Source of the DNA: an uncultured bacterium
GTDB taxonomy: Bacteria > Acidobacteriota > Thermoanaerobaculia > Multivoradales > JAHZIX01
Reading direction: 5' to 3'
Assembly (NCBI GenBank): GCA_965368975.1
Contig: CBDUPA010000001.1
Location: 192,001-256,000 of the forward strand
Length of the DNA stretch: 64,000 nucleotides
Part shown: one piece after another, positions 27,129-36,015 of the stretch
Layout: each line of letters opens with the position of its first letter
Position numbering within the stretch: position 1 is the first letter of the stretch
Made by a program: the position numbers and the translations under genes
Notes under the pieces: model-generated
Told to the model about the DNA's origin: nothing
The model's database searches: none
What the model saw: only the letters and a program-made list of their open reading frames with translations

Positions 27129-28060
27129 GAGTGTCGAAGTTTCTGCTGCTTCTCGGATGTGTCTCAGCTCTGGCGTCGGCAGCCGTGCCTCTTCGCGCCG
27201 CGGTGACTGAGCCGCCAAGCAACGCCCATGTCCGGGCTTTCGGGAGTCCAGGGTGGGATTGCGACTGGGGTTTCCGCCGTCTCGACGAGTCCTGCGTCGC
27301 TGTCGAGCTGCCAGCGAATGCTCACATCAATTCCTCGGGCAACGGGTGGAACTGCCCTCGAGGCTTCCGCCGGCTCGACGGCTCGTGCGCCATCGTCGAG
27401 GTTCCAGACAACGCATACTTGACTTCCGCCGGGCGCCGGTGGACGTGTTCCCGCGGCTTTGTGAAGGAGGGCGAGACGTGTAAAGCGATTCAGGTACCGG
27501 CGCATGCTTTCCTGACCGATTCATACGGTGCTGGCTGGCAGTGCTCCCGTGGCTACCGGAACGTGGAAGAGAGCTGCGAGGCCGTTGCTGTTCCGGTGAA
27601 TGGGTATCTCACCTCGAGAGGCAATGCCTGGCACTGCCACCGAGGCTTTCGCAAGGCAGAGGATGCTTGCATCGCGGTGGCGGTGCCTGCCCACGGCTAC
27701 CTCAACGCTGCCGGAAACGACTGGTATTGCGAGCGAGGCTATCTCCAGGACGCCACGTCCTGTCAACGCATCGAGCTTCCGGCGCAGGCTCATCTCTCTC
27801 ACTCGGGCACGGATTGGGAGTGTGACCGCGGGTTCGTCGAGGATGGTGGCCAATGCACTGCGGTTCCGGTTCCTGAGTATGGTTTCCTCACGGACTCGGG
27901 AGACGGCTGGGAGTGTGATCGGCAACGCCGTAAGGATGGAGACCGGTGTTCGGCTTTCCTCGTACCGCGCAACGCCCACCTCAACTACTCGGGGGATGAC
28001 TGGACCTGCAATACTGGATATCAGCGCAGGGGGCAGCTGTGTACGCAGAGCCAGCGATGA
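27125..28060 (+). CDS. Secreted protein with nine ~31-aa two-Cys repeats
   Basis: Signal peptide; repeat consensus VPxNAxLxxxGxxWxCxRG(F/Y)xxxxxxC; TTGA overlap with upstream stop. Confidence 0.8.
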   Translation: MRVSKFLLLLGCVSALASAAVPLRAAVTEPPSNAHVRAFGSPGWDCDWGFRRLDESCVAVELPANAHINSSGNGWNCPRGFRRLDGSCAIVEVPDNAYLTSAGRRWTCSRGFVKEGETCKAIQVPAHAFLTDSYGAGWQCSRGYRNVEESCEAVAVPVNGYLTSRGNAWHCHRGFRKAEDACIAVAVPAHGYLNAAGNDWYCERGYLQDATSCQRIELPAQAHLSHSGTDWECDRGFVEDGGQCTAVPVPEYGFLTDSGDGWECDRQRRKDGDRCSAFLVPRNAHLNYSGDDWTCNTGYQRRGQLCTQSQR

Positions 28061-29253
28061 ACCTTGAAGCTGCAGGTGTTTCCGGTGTCCGGCCCGAGGC
28101 TGGCGACGCCTTCTTGCCAGAGGCGCAGAACCGGCAGTGTCGAACCGCGACCGCAGTGGTCTATTGCGAGGCCAACTTCGGGGCGATCGATGGCAAGACC
28201 GCCAACGGACTGGTGCGCCATTCGGAGAAGTACGAGATCCTCTCCGTGATCGACAGCGAGAAGCACGGGCTCGACGCCGGCTCCGTGCTGGACGGAGTGG
28301 CCAATGCCATCCCAATCTGCCGCAACCTGGAGGATGCGCTGGCACAGGCCGAGTCGGTGCCCGACTACTTTATCTTCGGGATGGCACCGTCCAGTGGCTG
28401 CTTGTCCTCCACCGAGCGAGGCTTGGTGCTCGAGGCCATGAACCTGGGAATGGGTGTGGTCAATGGCATGCACGAGTTCTTGAACGACGATCCCGAATTT
28501 GCCGCCTTGAGCGCGGCGAGAAATGTGAAGATCATCGATGTCCGAAGGCCCCGTTCTAGGGCTTCGCTGCGGACGTTCAGTGGTCGCATCGCGACGGTGA
28601 CATGCCCGAGGATCGCTGTCCTGGGAACGGATTGTGCGATCGGCAAGCGGACGACCGCCACGATTCTGACGCGCGGGCTCGTCGACCACGGGTTGAAGGC
28701 GGTCATGATCAGTACTGGACAGACGGGCCTGATGCAGGGGACGCGCTATGGAGTCGCGCTCGATGCCGTGCCGTCTCAGTTCTGTGCCGGTGAACTGGAA
28801 GCTACGGTCATCGAGGCTTTCGAGCAGGAGCATCCGGACGTGATCATCATCGAGGGGCAGGGAGCTCTGAGTCACCCGGCCTATTCCACCTCGAGTTTCG
28901 TCTTGCGAGGCAGCTGTCCCGATGGCGTCGTGCTGCAGCACGCCCCGGGGCGGCGCACGCGTTGCGACTTCAGCCAGATGGCCATGCCGACACCCGCCAG
29001 GGAGATTCACCTCATCGAGACGTTTGCCGACACCAAGGTCATCGGTCTTGCGATCAATCATGAGGCGATGACGGAGCCGGAGGTGGAAGCGGCGATCGAG
29101 CACTTCCAGCGCGAACTCGGCATCCCCACCACCGACGCGCTGACGCAGCCGACGGCACGCTTGCTGGAGATGGTGTTCCAGGCGTTTCCCCACCTGGCAC
29201 AGCCTTGGCCCACCGTTCCGGAGTTTCCGCAGAGGTTGATCGCAAGCGCCTGA
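28057..29253 (+). CDS. DUF1611 (DgcN-like) P-loop protein
   Basis: DGKTANGLVRHS, VVNGMHEFL, GTDCAIGKRTT, TGQTG, IIEGQGALSHP. Confidence 0.88.
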   Translation: MNLEAAGVSGVRPEAGDAFLPEAQNRQCRTATAVVYCEANFGAIDGKTANGLVRHSEKYEILSVIDSEKHGLDAGSVLDGVANAIPICRNLEDALAQAESVPDYFIFGMAPSSGCLSSTERGLVLEAMNLGMGVVNGMHEFLNDDPEFAALSAARNVKIIDVRRPRSRASLRTFSGRIATVTCPRIAVLGTDCAIGKRTTATILTRGLVDHGLKAVMISTGQTGLMQGTRYGVALDAVPSQFCAGELEATVIEAFEQEHPDVIIIEGQGALSHPAYSTSSFVLRGSCPDGVVLQHAPGRRTRCDFSQMAMPTPAREIHLIETFADTKVIGLAINHEAMTEPEVEAAIEHFQRELGIPTTDALTQPTARLLEMVFQAFPHLAQPWPTVPEFPQRLIASA

Positions 29254-30404
29254 TGACCGCGCCGCGTTTGGAGATCGACCTCGACAAGATTCACCACAAC
29301 GCCTGCACCTTGGTCGAGCGGCTGGCAGGCCGCGGCATCTCGGTGACAGGTGTGACCAAGGCGACGCTCGGTTCGACAGCGATCGCACGCGTGTTGCTCA
29401 GTGCGGGGGTGCACGCGCTCGGCGACTCTCGGATCGAGAACATCGAGACGATGCGGCGTGCTGGTGTGCGAGCGTCCTTCTGGCTGCTGCGTTCGCCGAT
29501 GATCAGTCAGGTGGCGCGAGTCGTGGCGCACGCGGACGCGAGTTACAACACGGAGCCCGGCGTGATCGGTGAGCTGTCCTCGGCCGCGCTGGAGCAGGGC
29601 TCGAAGAAGAGGCATGGAATTGTGCTCATGGTCGAGCTCGGAGACCTGCGAGAGGGAATCCTCCCTGGAGACCTGATGGACGTCGTGAGGCAGACGCTGC
29701 GCTTGCCCGGGGTCGCCCTCCTCGGCATCGGCACCAACCTCGCCTGTCGCAGCGGTGTCTCTCCCGATGCCAGGAACATGTCCGAGCTGTGCGCCTTGGC
29801 TGACTCCATCGAGACAACTTTCGGACTGACGCTGGCGATCGTGTCGGGCGGGAATTCGGCCAACCTCTCCTGGGCCCTGCGGTCCGCCGATAACGGGCGG
29901 ATCAATGACCTGCGCTTGGGAGAAGCGATCCTGCTCGGTCGTGAACCGTTGCACCGGCAGCCGATCGATGGGCTGCACACCGACGCCTTCCGGCTCGTGG
30001 CAGAGGTGATCGAGTCGAAGGTCAAGCCGTCGCTGCCCTGGGGGGTGATCGCGGAGTCTGCCTTTGGGAGGCCGCCGGTCCACAGGAACAAGGGCTCCCT
30101 GCCGCAGGCGATCCTCGGCCTCGGGCGCCAGGATATCGACCCGGACGGACTCGGTCCGAGTCCCGGGCTGGAGGTTCTAGGGGCCAGCAGCGACCATCTG
30201 ATCCTTGGCTCCGGGCACCGCTGTCTGCCGGTGGGCAGCGAAGTCTCGTTCTCGGTCAACTACAGCGCGCTGGTTCGCTCCATGACCTCGCCCTATGTCG
30301 CCAAGCTCGTCAAAGGTGGCCGGCGACAGGCTCGCGACGTGGCCCATAGTGCCGTCGACGGCAGCGAAGCCCTAGGCCGGATCCCGGTTGCCGCTGCTGT
30401 CTGA
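29253..30404 (+). CDS. Alanine/ornithine racemase family PLP enzyme (fold III)
   Basis: VTGVTKA (PLP lysine), GDSRIEN, LMVELGDLREG, GTNLAC, SGGNSA, LRLGEA, GASSDHL. Confidence 0.85.
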   Translation: MTAPRLEIDLDKIHHNACTLVERLAGRGISVTGVTKATLGSTAIARVLLSAGVHALGDSRIENIETMRRAGVRASFWLLRSPMISQVARVVAHADASYNTEPGVIGELSSAALEQGSKKRHGIVLMVELGDLREGILPGDLMDVVRQTLRLPGVALLGIGTNLACRSGVSPDARNMSELCALADSIETTFGLTLAIVSGGNSANLSWALRSADNGRINDLRLGEAILLGREPLHRQPIDGLHTDAFRLVAEVIESKVKPSLPWGVIAESAFGRPPVHRNKGSLPQAILGLGRQDIDPDGLGPSPGLEVLGASSDHLILGSGHRCLPVGSEVSFSVNYSALVRSMTSPYVAKLVKGGRRQARDVAHSAVDGSEALGRIPVAAAV

Positions 30405-32024
30405 TCGATACTTCTTGAGCTTGCGGTAGAGAGTCGCCGAGCCGATGCGCAACTGCTTGGCGGTTTGCGCCTGATTGCCGTCGTTGCGTTCCAGCACGGC
30501 GAGAATGTACTCTCGCTCGACGTCGCACAGTGGCCGCACCTCGCCTGTTTCGGTCAACGGCTTGGGAGCAGCGAGACGAACTTCCTCGGGCAGGTCGTCG
30601 AGGTCCACGCGAGTGCCGAGTCCGAGCGCAACGGCTCGCTCCATGGCGTTCTCCAGCTCTCGGACATTGCCTGGCCAGTCATAGCGCAGGAGCTGATCCG
30701 CGGCGCGCGGAGTGAGTCCTGAGATCTTGCGCGACATCCGGAAGACTGCATCCGCGAGCAGCAGGCGGGCGAGTGGAAGGATGTCGTCAGGGCGCTCGCG
30801 CAGCGGCGGAACGTGCAACTCGACGACCTTGATGCGGTAGTAGAGATCGCGGCGGAAGGCGCCGGACGCGACATCCTCGGCGAGCTCTCGATTGGTTGCG
30901 GCCAGGACTCTCACGTTGACCGGGCGGCTCGTGTTCTCTCCGACTCGCCGGACCTCCTTCTCCTGCAGGACCCGCAGCAGCTTCACCTGCATGGCTGGGG
31001 ACACGTCACCGATCTCGTCCAGCAGCAAGGTGCCGCGGTTGGCGGCTTCGAACAAGCCGGGGCGGTCCGCCGCCGCGCCCGTGAAGGCGCCGCGGGCATG
31101 GCCGAAGAGTTCGCTTTCGAGGAGTGTCTCGGTGATGGCGCCGCAGTTCACGGCGATGAAGGGGCCGGTCGCGCGCGTCGATTCATCGTGCACGAGCCGG
31201 GCGATCTGCTCCTTGCCAACTCCGCTTTCGCCGGTGATCAGTACGGTGGAGTCGACCTTGGCGACGCGCCGAGCGAGCTCGATCACCCGTTTCATGTTCG
31301 GACTCTTGGCGACGACCCCCAACTCCTCGTCCACATCATCCACGACCCGAACCAGCGCCCGACGGTGTGCGCGCAGCTTTGCTTCCGCCAGCTTCAAGGT
31401 GTCCGTGACCCGGCCGAGGGAGATGTCGAGACTCTGCCTGAGGCCGCCTGGATCAAAGAACGCCAGATCCCCGGCGCGATCTTCGCCCCAGTCTCCGCGT
31501 GTGCGTCCCTGCAGGTGGCACGCCGCATGGCCGGCTCCCAGGCAGCGGTCCTCGAGAACGTAGATCTCTCTGCCGGCCGTATGGCTGACGTACCCGCTCA
31601 TCAAGCCGCAGATGGTCCAGCACACGCCAGATTCGGCGCGCCCGAAATGGAGAAGGTGTTGCTCTGCCTCGTAGGAGGCGAGGAGGTTCGATCCCTGGGG
31701 GGTGAGAAGATCCTCGCTCCCTGGCTCAGTACGGAACAGACCTTGCAACGTGTAGATGTGGGGGCCGGCCCGGCGCCATTCTTCGTTGTCCGCCCAGTCG
31801 AACTCTTTCTGCATCGTGGCGGCCAGACGCCAGCCGTGAGCAAAGCCGAACTGGGTGAGCACGGCACGGGCCGCCGCCAGGCCGAAGTTCTCCACAAGAT
31901 ACTGTCGCAACAACCCCATCGCCACTGCATCGAGGAGAAGCACGCGCTGCCCGGCGAAGCGGATTACCCCTCCGTCGGGATCCAGTTCGAGCAGTTCCTC
32001 GTGATGAAGGTCTTCGACACGCAC
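30372..32024 (-). CDS. Sigma54-dependent activator with XylR-N/V4R sensor domain
   Basis: IRFAGQRVLL, SYEAEQH, VCWTICGLMSGY, EDRC; GESGVGKE, ESELFGHARGAFTGA, WPGNVRELEN; Fis-type HTH. Confidence 0.93.
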   Translation of the reverse strand: MRVEDLHHEELLELDPDGGVIRFAGQRVLLLDAVAMGLLRQYLVENFGLAAARAVLTQFGFAHGWRLAATMQKEFDWADNEEWRRAGPHIYTLQGLFRTEPGSEDLLTPQGSNLLASYEAEQHLLHFGRAESGVCWTICGLMSGYVSHTAGREIYVLEDRCLGAGHAACHLQGRTRGDWGEDRAGDLAFFDPGGLRQSLDISLGRVTDTLKLAEAKLRAHRRALVRVVDDVDEELGVVAKSPNMKRVIELARRVAKVDSTVLITGESGVGKEQIARLVHDESTRATGPFIAVNCGAITETLLESELFGHARGAFTGAAADRPGLFEAANRGTLLLDEIGDVSPAMQVKLLRVLQEKEVRRVGENTSRPVNVRVLAATNRELAEDVASGAFRRDLYYRIKVVELHVPPLRERPDDILPLARLLLADAVFRMSRKISGLTPRAADQLLRYDWPGNVRELENAMERAVALGLGTRVDLDDLPEEVRLAAPKPLTETGEVRPLCDVEREYILAVLERNDGNQAQTAKQLRIGSATLYRKLKKYRSDSSGNRDPA

Positions 32025-32104
32025 GGATCACCTCGATTGGAGCTGAGAGTGTCCGCTGCCAGCAGCGAGTTGTTGCTTGCGACGGTACCGGGGGACGTCG
32101 GCGC

Positions 32105-32668
32105 TCAGGGAGCGATGGCCGCTGGGCGCGTGCCTTGGCGTAGTGAGCGCGTGTCGTAGCCCAGCCACAACACGGCTTCGACACCCGAACCGCCACTCCC
32201 CTGGATCGGGGCAGCCAGTTCCAGGGTGCCTTCGAGTTCCCCTGGACGCGCCTCGAGTTCTTCCTGTTCCAGCGCCCAGCGGGCGCGCTCGGGAGAGATG
32301 CCCGAAGTGACCAGCTTCTCGTCGCTGCTGAAGACTACGGTGCCGTCGGTCTTGAGCAAGTGAACGAACACGATGCGTTCGAGGTGTAGCAGTTGCTGCT
32401 TGGACTGCTCCAGGGCCTCAGTGCGGTCACTGAGCAGGGCGGGATGAATGCCCGACGCAAAGGCCCTGAAGACCGCCCTGGCCTCGCTGTCGGCCAGGGC
32501 TTCGGTCCAGCGATCATAGCCAGCCTGCAGGCGGTTGAGCACTTCCTCGTGCTGTTCGCTCTGTGAGTCAACGGCTCGCTGGGTCGCCCCCTGCGACCAC
32601 GTCCAGAAGCCGTAGCCTGCAAGTAACAACACGGCCAGGACTGCGATCTCCCAAGTTGTGCGTTTCAT
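32105..32668 (-). CDS. Hypothetical membrane-anchored protein (PDC/Cache-like periplasmic region possible)
   Basis: N-terminal TM, AGAGG RBS; ...HLLKTDGTVVFSSD...LELAAPI...AVLWLGY. Confidence 0.6.
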   Translation of the reverse strand: MKRTTWEIAVLAVLLLAGYGFWTWSQGATQRAVDSQSEQHEEVLNRLQAGYDRWTEALADSEARAVFRAFASGIHPALLSDRTEALEQSKQQLLHLERIVFVHLLKTDGTVVFSSDEKLVTSGISPERARWALEQEELEARPGELEGTLELAAPIQGSGGSGVEAVLWLGYDTRSLRQGTRPAAIAP

Positions 32669-32868
32669 ATGAGCCTCTTTCCTTACTTTTCTTCAGTATA
32701 CGCCAGGTGCGACTGCAGGCCATCCGCGTCCAAGAAGGACCCGGAGCCGCGATCAACAGGGTTGACCCCGTGCAACTTTCCTCCTGCGCCTGGGTATACT
32801 GCATCGCGCACTTGCCGAACTGACCCGCAGCCCCGCCCCGACCTGCTTGCCCGAGGAGATCCCCGCCG

Positions 32869-35400
32869 ATGGAAACCCTGCTCCAGGACATCCGTTTCGC
32901 TCTGCGCACGCTGCGCAAGACCCCGCTGGTGACGGCGATCGCTTTGCTGTCTCTGGCCATCGGTATCGGTGCCAACACGACGGTCTTTACCCTGGTCAAG
33001 GCGTTCTTCCTGCAGAGCTTGCCGGTGGAGCAGTCGGACCGGTTGGTGCGTGTCTTTACTTCGGACGAACGAAATAGCGGCACCCTGCTCGGCGCCGAGT
33101 TGCCGGTGTCGTACCCGAACTATGAGGACATGCGCGACCGTGGCCAGCACGTGTTCTCGGGTATCGCGGTGTTCCAGTTCACCGGCGCCCACTTCAGTGA
33201 CGGCAGCGGTGAGCCGCAGCAGCTGGGGGGCTTGCTGGTGTCGGGGGATTACTTCGAGGTGCTGGGCGTCGACGCGGCGGTCGGGCGGGTGTTCCGGATC
33301 GGACCCGACGCGGCGCCGGGGGCCGATCCGGTAGTGGTCTTGGAGCACGGCTTCTGGCAGGAACGCTTCGGCGGCGATCCGCAGATCGTCGGGCGGACGC
33401 TGAGCCTGAATGGCCACCAGTTCACGGTGATCGGGGTCACGCCGGCCGGCTTCACCGGCATTGGTGCCTTGGGAGCACCGTCGTTCTGGGTGCCGGTGAA
33501 CATGTATCGCGAGATCTTCCCGACCAACTTGCAGGCGTGGGTGGAGGAGCGTCGAGCGCTGATCTTCTTCGGCGTCGCCCGTCTCGCGGACGGTGTCAGC
33601 TTGGAGACGGCACAGGCGGCGATCAGCCAGATGGCGGCGGATTTGCGCGAGGAGCACCCGGTTCCGAACCAGGATCGCGGTGCCGTCCTGGCGCCGGTTT
33701 CGGACACCACCATGCCGCCGCAGCTGCGCGAGGCGTCGTCGTCGGCGGGCTGGTTGCTCGGTACGGTGGTGGCGGTGGTCCTGCTGATCGCCTGTGGCAA
33801 CGTCGCCAACCTGCTGCTGGCGCGCTCCGCGAGCCGCCGTCGTGAGATCGCCGTGCGACTGGCGCTGGGAGCGCCGAGCAAGCGTCTGATGCGGCAGCTC
33901 CTCACTGAGAGTGTGGTGTTGGCGTTGGGCGGTGGTGTGCTCGGTCTGCTTCTCGCCTGGTGGGGGCGCAACGCGCTATGGGCGCTACGGCCGCCGTTCT
34001 TGGGCAACGCCAGCGTCGATATCAGTCTGGACGCGCGTGTGCTCGGCTTTACGCTGCTGCTGTCGCTGGTGACCGGGGTGCTCTTTGGCCTGGCGCCGGC
34101 CTTGCAGGCGGCGCGGCCACAGCTAGTGGCGGCGCTGAAGAACGACGAGTCGCCGCAGGAAACCAAAGCGACGCTCGGCTTCGGCCTGCGCGAGGCGCTG
34201 GTGGCGCTGCAAGTGGCCCTGTCGTTGGTGGCGCTGATCGGCGCGGGCCTGTTCGTGCGCAGCCTGGGCGAGGCCAACCGCATCGATCCGGGCTTCGACG
34301 TCGAACGCCTGGCCACGGTCGGTATCGATGTCGGCTCGGTCGGCTACGCGCCCGAGCGCGGCCGCGAATTCTACGACCGTGTGCTGGAGCTGGCAGTGGG
34401 CACGCCGGGTGTCGAGTCGGCGGCGCTGTCGGACATGGTGCCGATCGCGGCGCCCGGCTTCATGCGCTCGACGCTCGCCGAAGGTCAGGACCGGGCGGAG
34501 GTGGGCAACGGCGTGGTGACGCCGATCGCCATCATGTCCCCGACTTTCCTCGAGACCCTCGGTACCAAGCTGGTCCTGGGCCGCGTCTTCGACAGCACCG
34601 ACCGCGAAGACACGCGACCGGTGGCCATGCTCAACGTCGCTGGCGTGCGCCGGTTCTTTCCACAGTACATGCAAGGTGAGAGCGTGCAGCCGCAGGTGCT
34701 GGGCCGCTGGGTGCAGTTCTACGGCGACGAGATCCACCACGAGGTGGTCGGCGTGGTGGCGGACAGCACGCTCAACGCGATCGGGGAGGAACCGCAGGCT
34801 CTGGTCTACCTGGCACTGCGCCAGAACTACCGCGACAGCCTGCAGCTCAGCTTGCGCGCTGCCGGCGACGGTACCAGTGGCACGCGGCCCGCGGATTTGA
34901 TCCCGATCCTACAGCGCGAGCTACGGGCGCTCGAACCGCAGCTGGTGCTCAACAGCGGCACGTTGACGGGGGCCGTCGAGACTAGCTTGTGGGGACCGCA
35001 GATGGGGGCGACCCTGCTCGCCGGGCTGGGGGCGATCGCGCTGGTGCTGGCCTGCATCGGCATCTACGGCGTGATGGCCCAGAGTGTGCAGCAGCGTCAC
35101 CGCGAAATCGGGATCCGCATGGCCATCGGTGCCAGCCGGTCCGACGTGCTGGGCTTGGTGCTGCGTCGTGGGATGTTCGTGGCAGGTGTTGGCCTGATCG
35201 CCGGCCTGGTTCTCGCTGGCCTGCTCGCCCTGGGCGCCGACCGGCGCTTGGGAGATCTGCTGTTCGGGGTCGAACCCCTCGACGTGACGGTCTTCGCGGT
35301 CACCGCGGTGCTGCTCGCCCTGGTCGCGTTGGTGGCCAACTTCCTGCCCGCACGCCGCGCCACGCGGGTCAACCCGATTCGGGTGCTGCGCGTCGATTGA
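32869..35400 (+). CDS. ADOP/MacB-like duplicated ABC permease
   Basis: METLLQDIRFALRTLRKTP, LAIGIGANTTVF, VLLIACGNVANLLLAR, REIGIRMAIGA, PARRATRVNPIRVLR. Confidence 0.92.
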   Translation: METLLQDIRFALRTLRKTPLVTAIALLSLAIGIGANTTVFTLVKAFFLQSLPVEQSDRLVRVFTSDERNSGTLLGAELPVSYPNYEDMRDRGQHVFSGIAVFQFTGAHFSDGSGEPQQLGGLLVSGDYFEVLGVDAAVGRVFRIGPDAAPGADPVVVLEHGFWQERFGGDPQIVGRTLSLNGHQFTVIGVTPAGFTGIGALGAPSFWVPVNMYREIFPTNLQAWVEERRALIFFGVARLADGVSLETAQAAISQMAADLREEHPVPNQDRGAVLAPVSDTTMPPQLREASSSAGWLLGTVVAVVLLIACGNVANLLLARSASRRREIAVRLALGAPSKRLMRQLLTESVVLALGGGVLGLLLAWWGRNALWALRPPFLGNASVDISLDARVLGFTLLLSLVTGVLFGLAPALQAARPQLVAALKNDESPQETKATLGFGLREALVALQVALSLVALIGAGLFVRSLGEANRIDPGFDVERLATVGIDVGSVGYAPERGREFYDRVLELAVGTPGVESAALSDMVPIAAPGFMRSTLAEGQDRAEVGNGVVTPIAIMSPTFLETLGTKLVLGRVFDSTDREDTRPVAMLNVAGVRRFFPQYMQGESVQPQVLGRWVQFYGDEIHHEVVGVVADSTLNAIGEEPQALVYLALRQNYRDSLQLSLRAAGDGTSGTRPADLIPILQRELRALEPQLVLNSGTLTGAVETSLWGPQMGATLLAGLGAIALVLACIGIYGVMAQSVQQRHREIGIRMAIGASRSDVLGLVLRRGMFVAGVGLIAGLVLAGLLALGADRRLGDLLFGVEPLDVTVFAVTAVLLALVALVANFLPARRATRVNPIRVLRVD

Positions 35401-35448
35401 GCGGCCGGGTGGATTGGTGGGCGATCGCGGCGGTATACACTGCGCTGC

Positions 35449-35913
35449 ATGACGCCGAAACTGCTGTTCTGGATCTGGGCCTGGCTCAATCTTCTGCTGA
35501 TCTCCGGCGCCGCCGGCTTGAGCTGGCGTGCCATCCGTCGCGGCGACGTCCCGGCGCACCGGCGTTGGATCCACCGCGCTGGCTGGTTGATCGTGCTGTT
35601 CGTCGTCGGGTACCTGGCGAAGGTGCTGGCGATGGGACGAGAGGGAGCGCTGGCGTGGCCGTTCTGGGATCAGGTCGTGCTGCGGGTGCACGAGGGCTTC
35701 GTGGCTTTGATGCTGGTCGCCGGCATCTCGGCTCGCTGGCTGGCGCGGCGCTATCCGTGGCCGCCGGCTGCTTCCGCCCCGGATGCACCATCAGCGGACT
35801 GGTTGCAGGTGCGGGAGCGTCATCGCCGCTGGGGACGCATTGCCATGATCGCCTGCGCGCTGGTGATGCTGACGGGCGTCATGATCCTGATCGGCATGTT
35901 CTTGCGCGCGTGA
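35449..35913 (+). CDS. DUF420-like membrane protein
   Basis: 4 TMs; AIRRGDVPAHRRW, LRVHE, HRRWGR conserved His pattern. Confidence 0.7.
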   Translation: MTPKLLFWIWAWLNLLLISGAAGLSWRAIRRGDVPAHRRWIHRAGWLIVLFVVGYLAKVLAMGREGALAWPFWDQVVLRVHEGFVALMLVAGISARWLARRYPWPPAASAPDAPSADWLQVRERHRRWGRIAMIACALVMLTGVMILIGMFLRA

Positions 35914-35952
35914 GGCGCAGCAGCGTTTCTCGCGCTGCCAAGCGCCTACCCT

Positions 35953-35984
35953 AAAAAGGCCGCCCGGGGTATCCCCGGACGGCC
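35953..35984 (-). terminator. Intrinsic terminator after the DUF6600 gene
   Basis: GGCCG-CCCGGGG-TAT-CCCCGG-ACGGCC hairpin with a T-run on the minus strand. Confidence 0.65.
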
Positions 35985-36015
35985 ACCCATGTGAGAAGGC
36001 GGCGGATCGAGCGGT

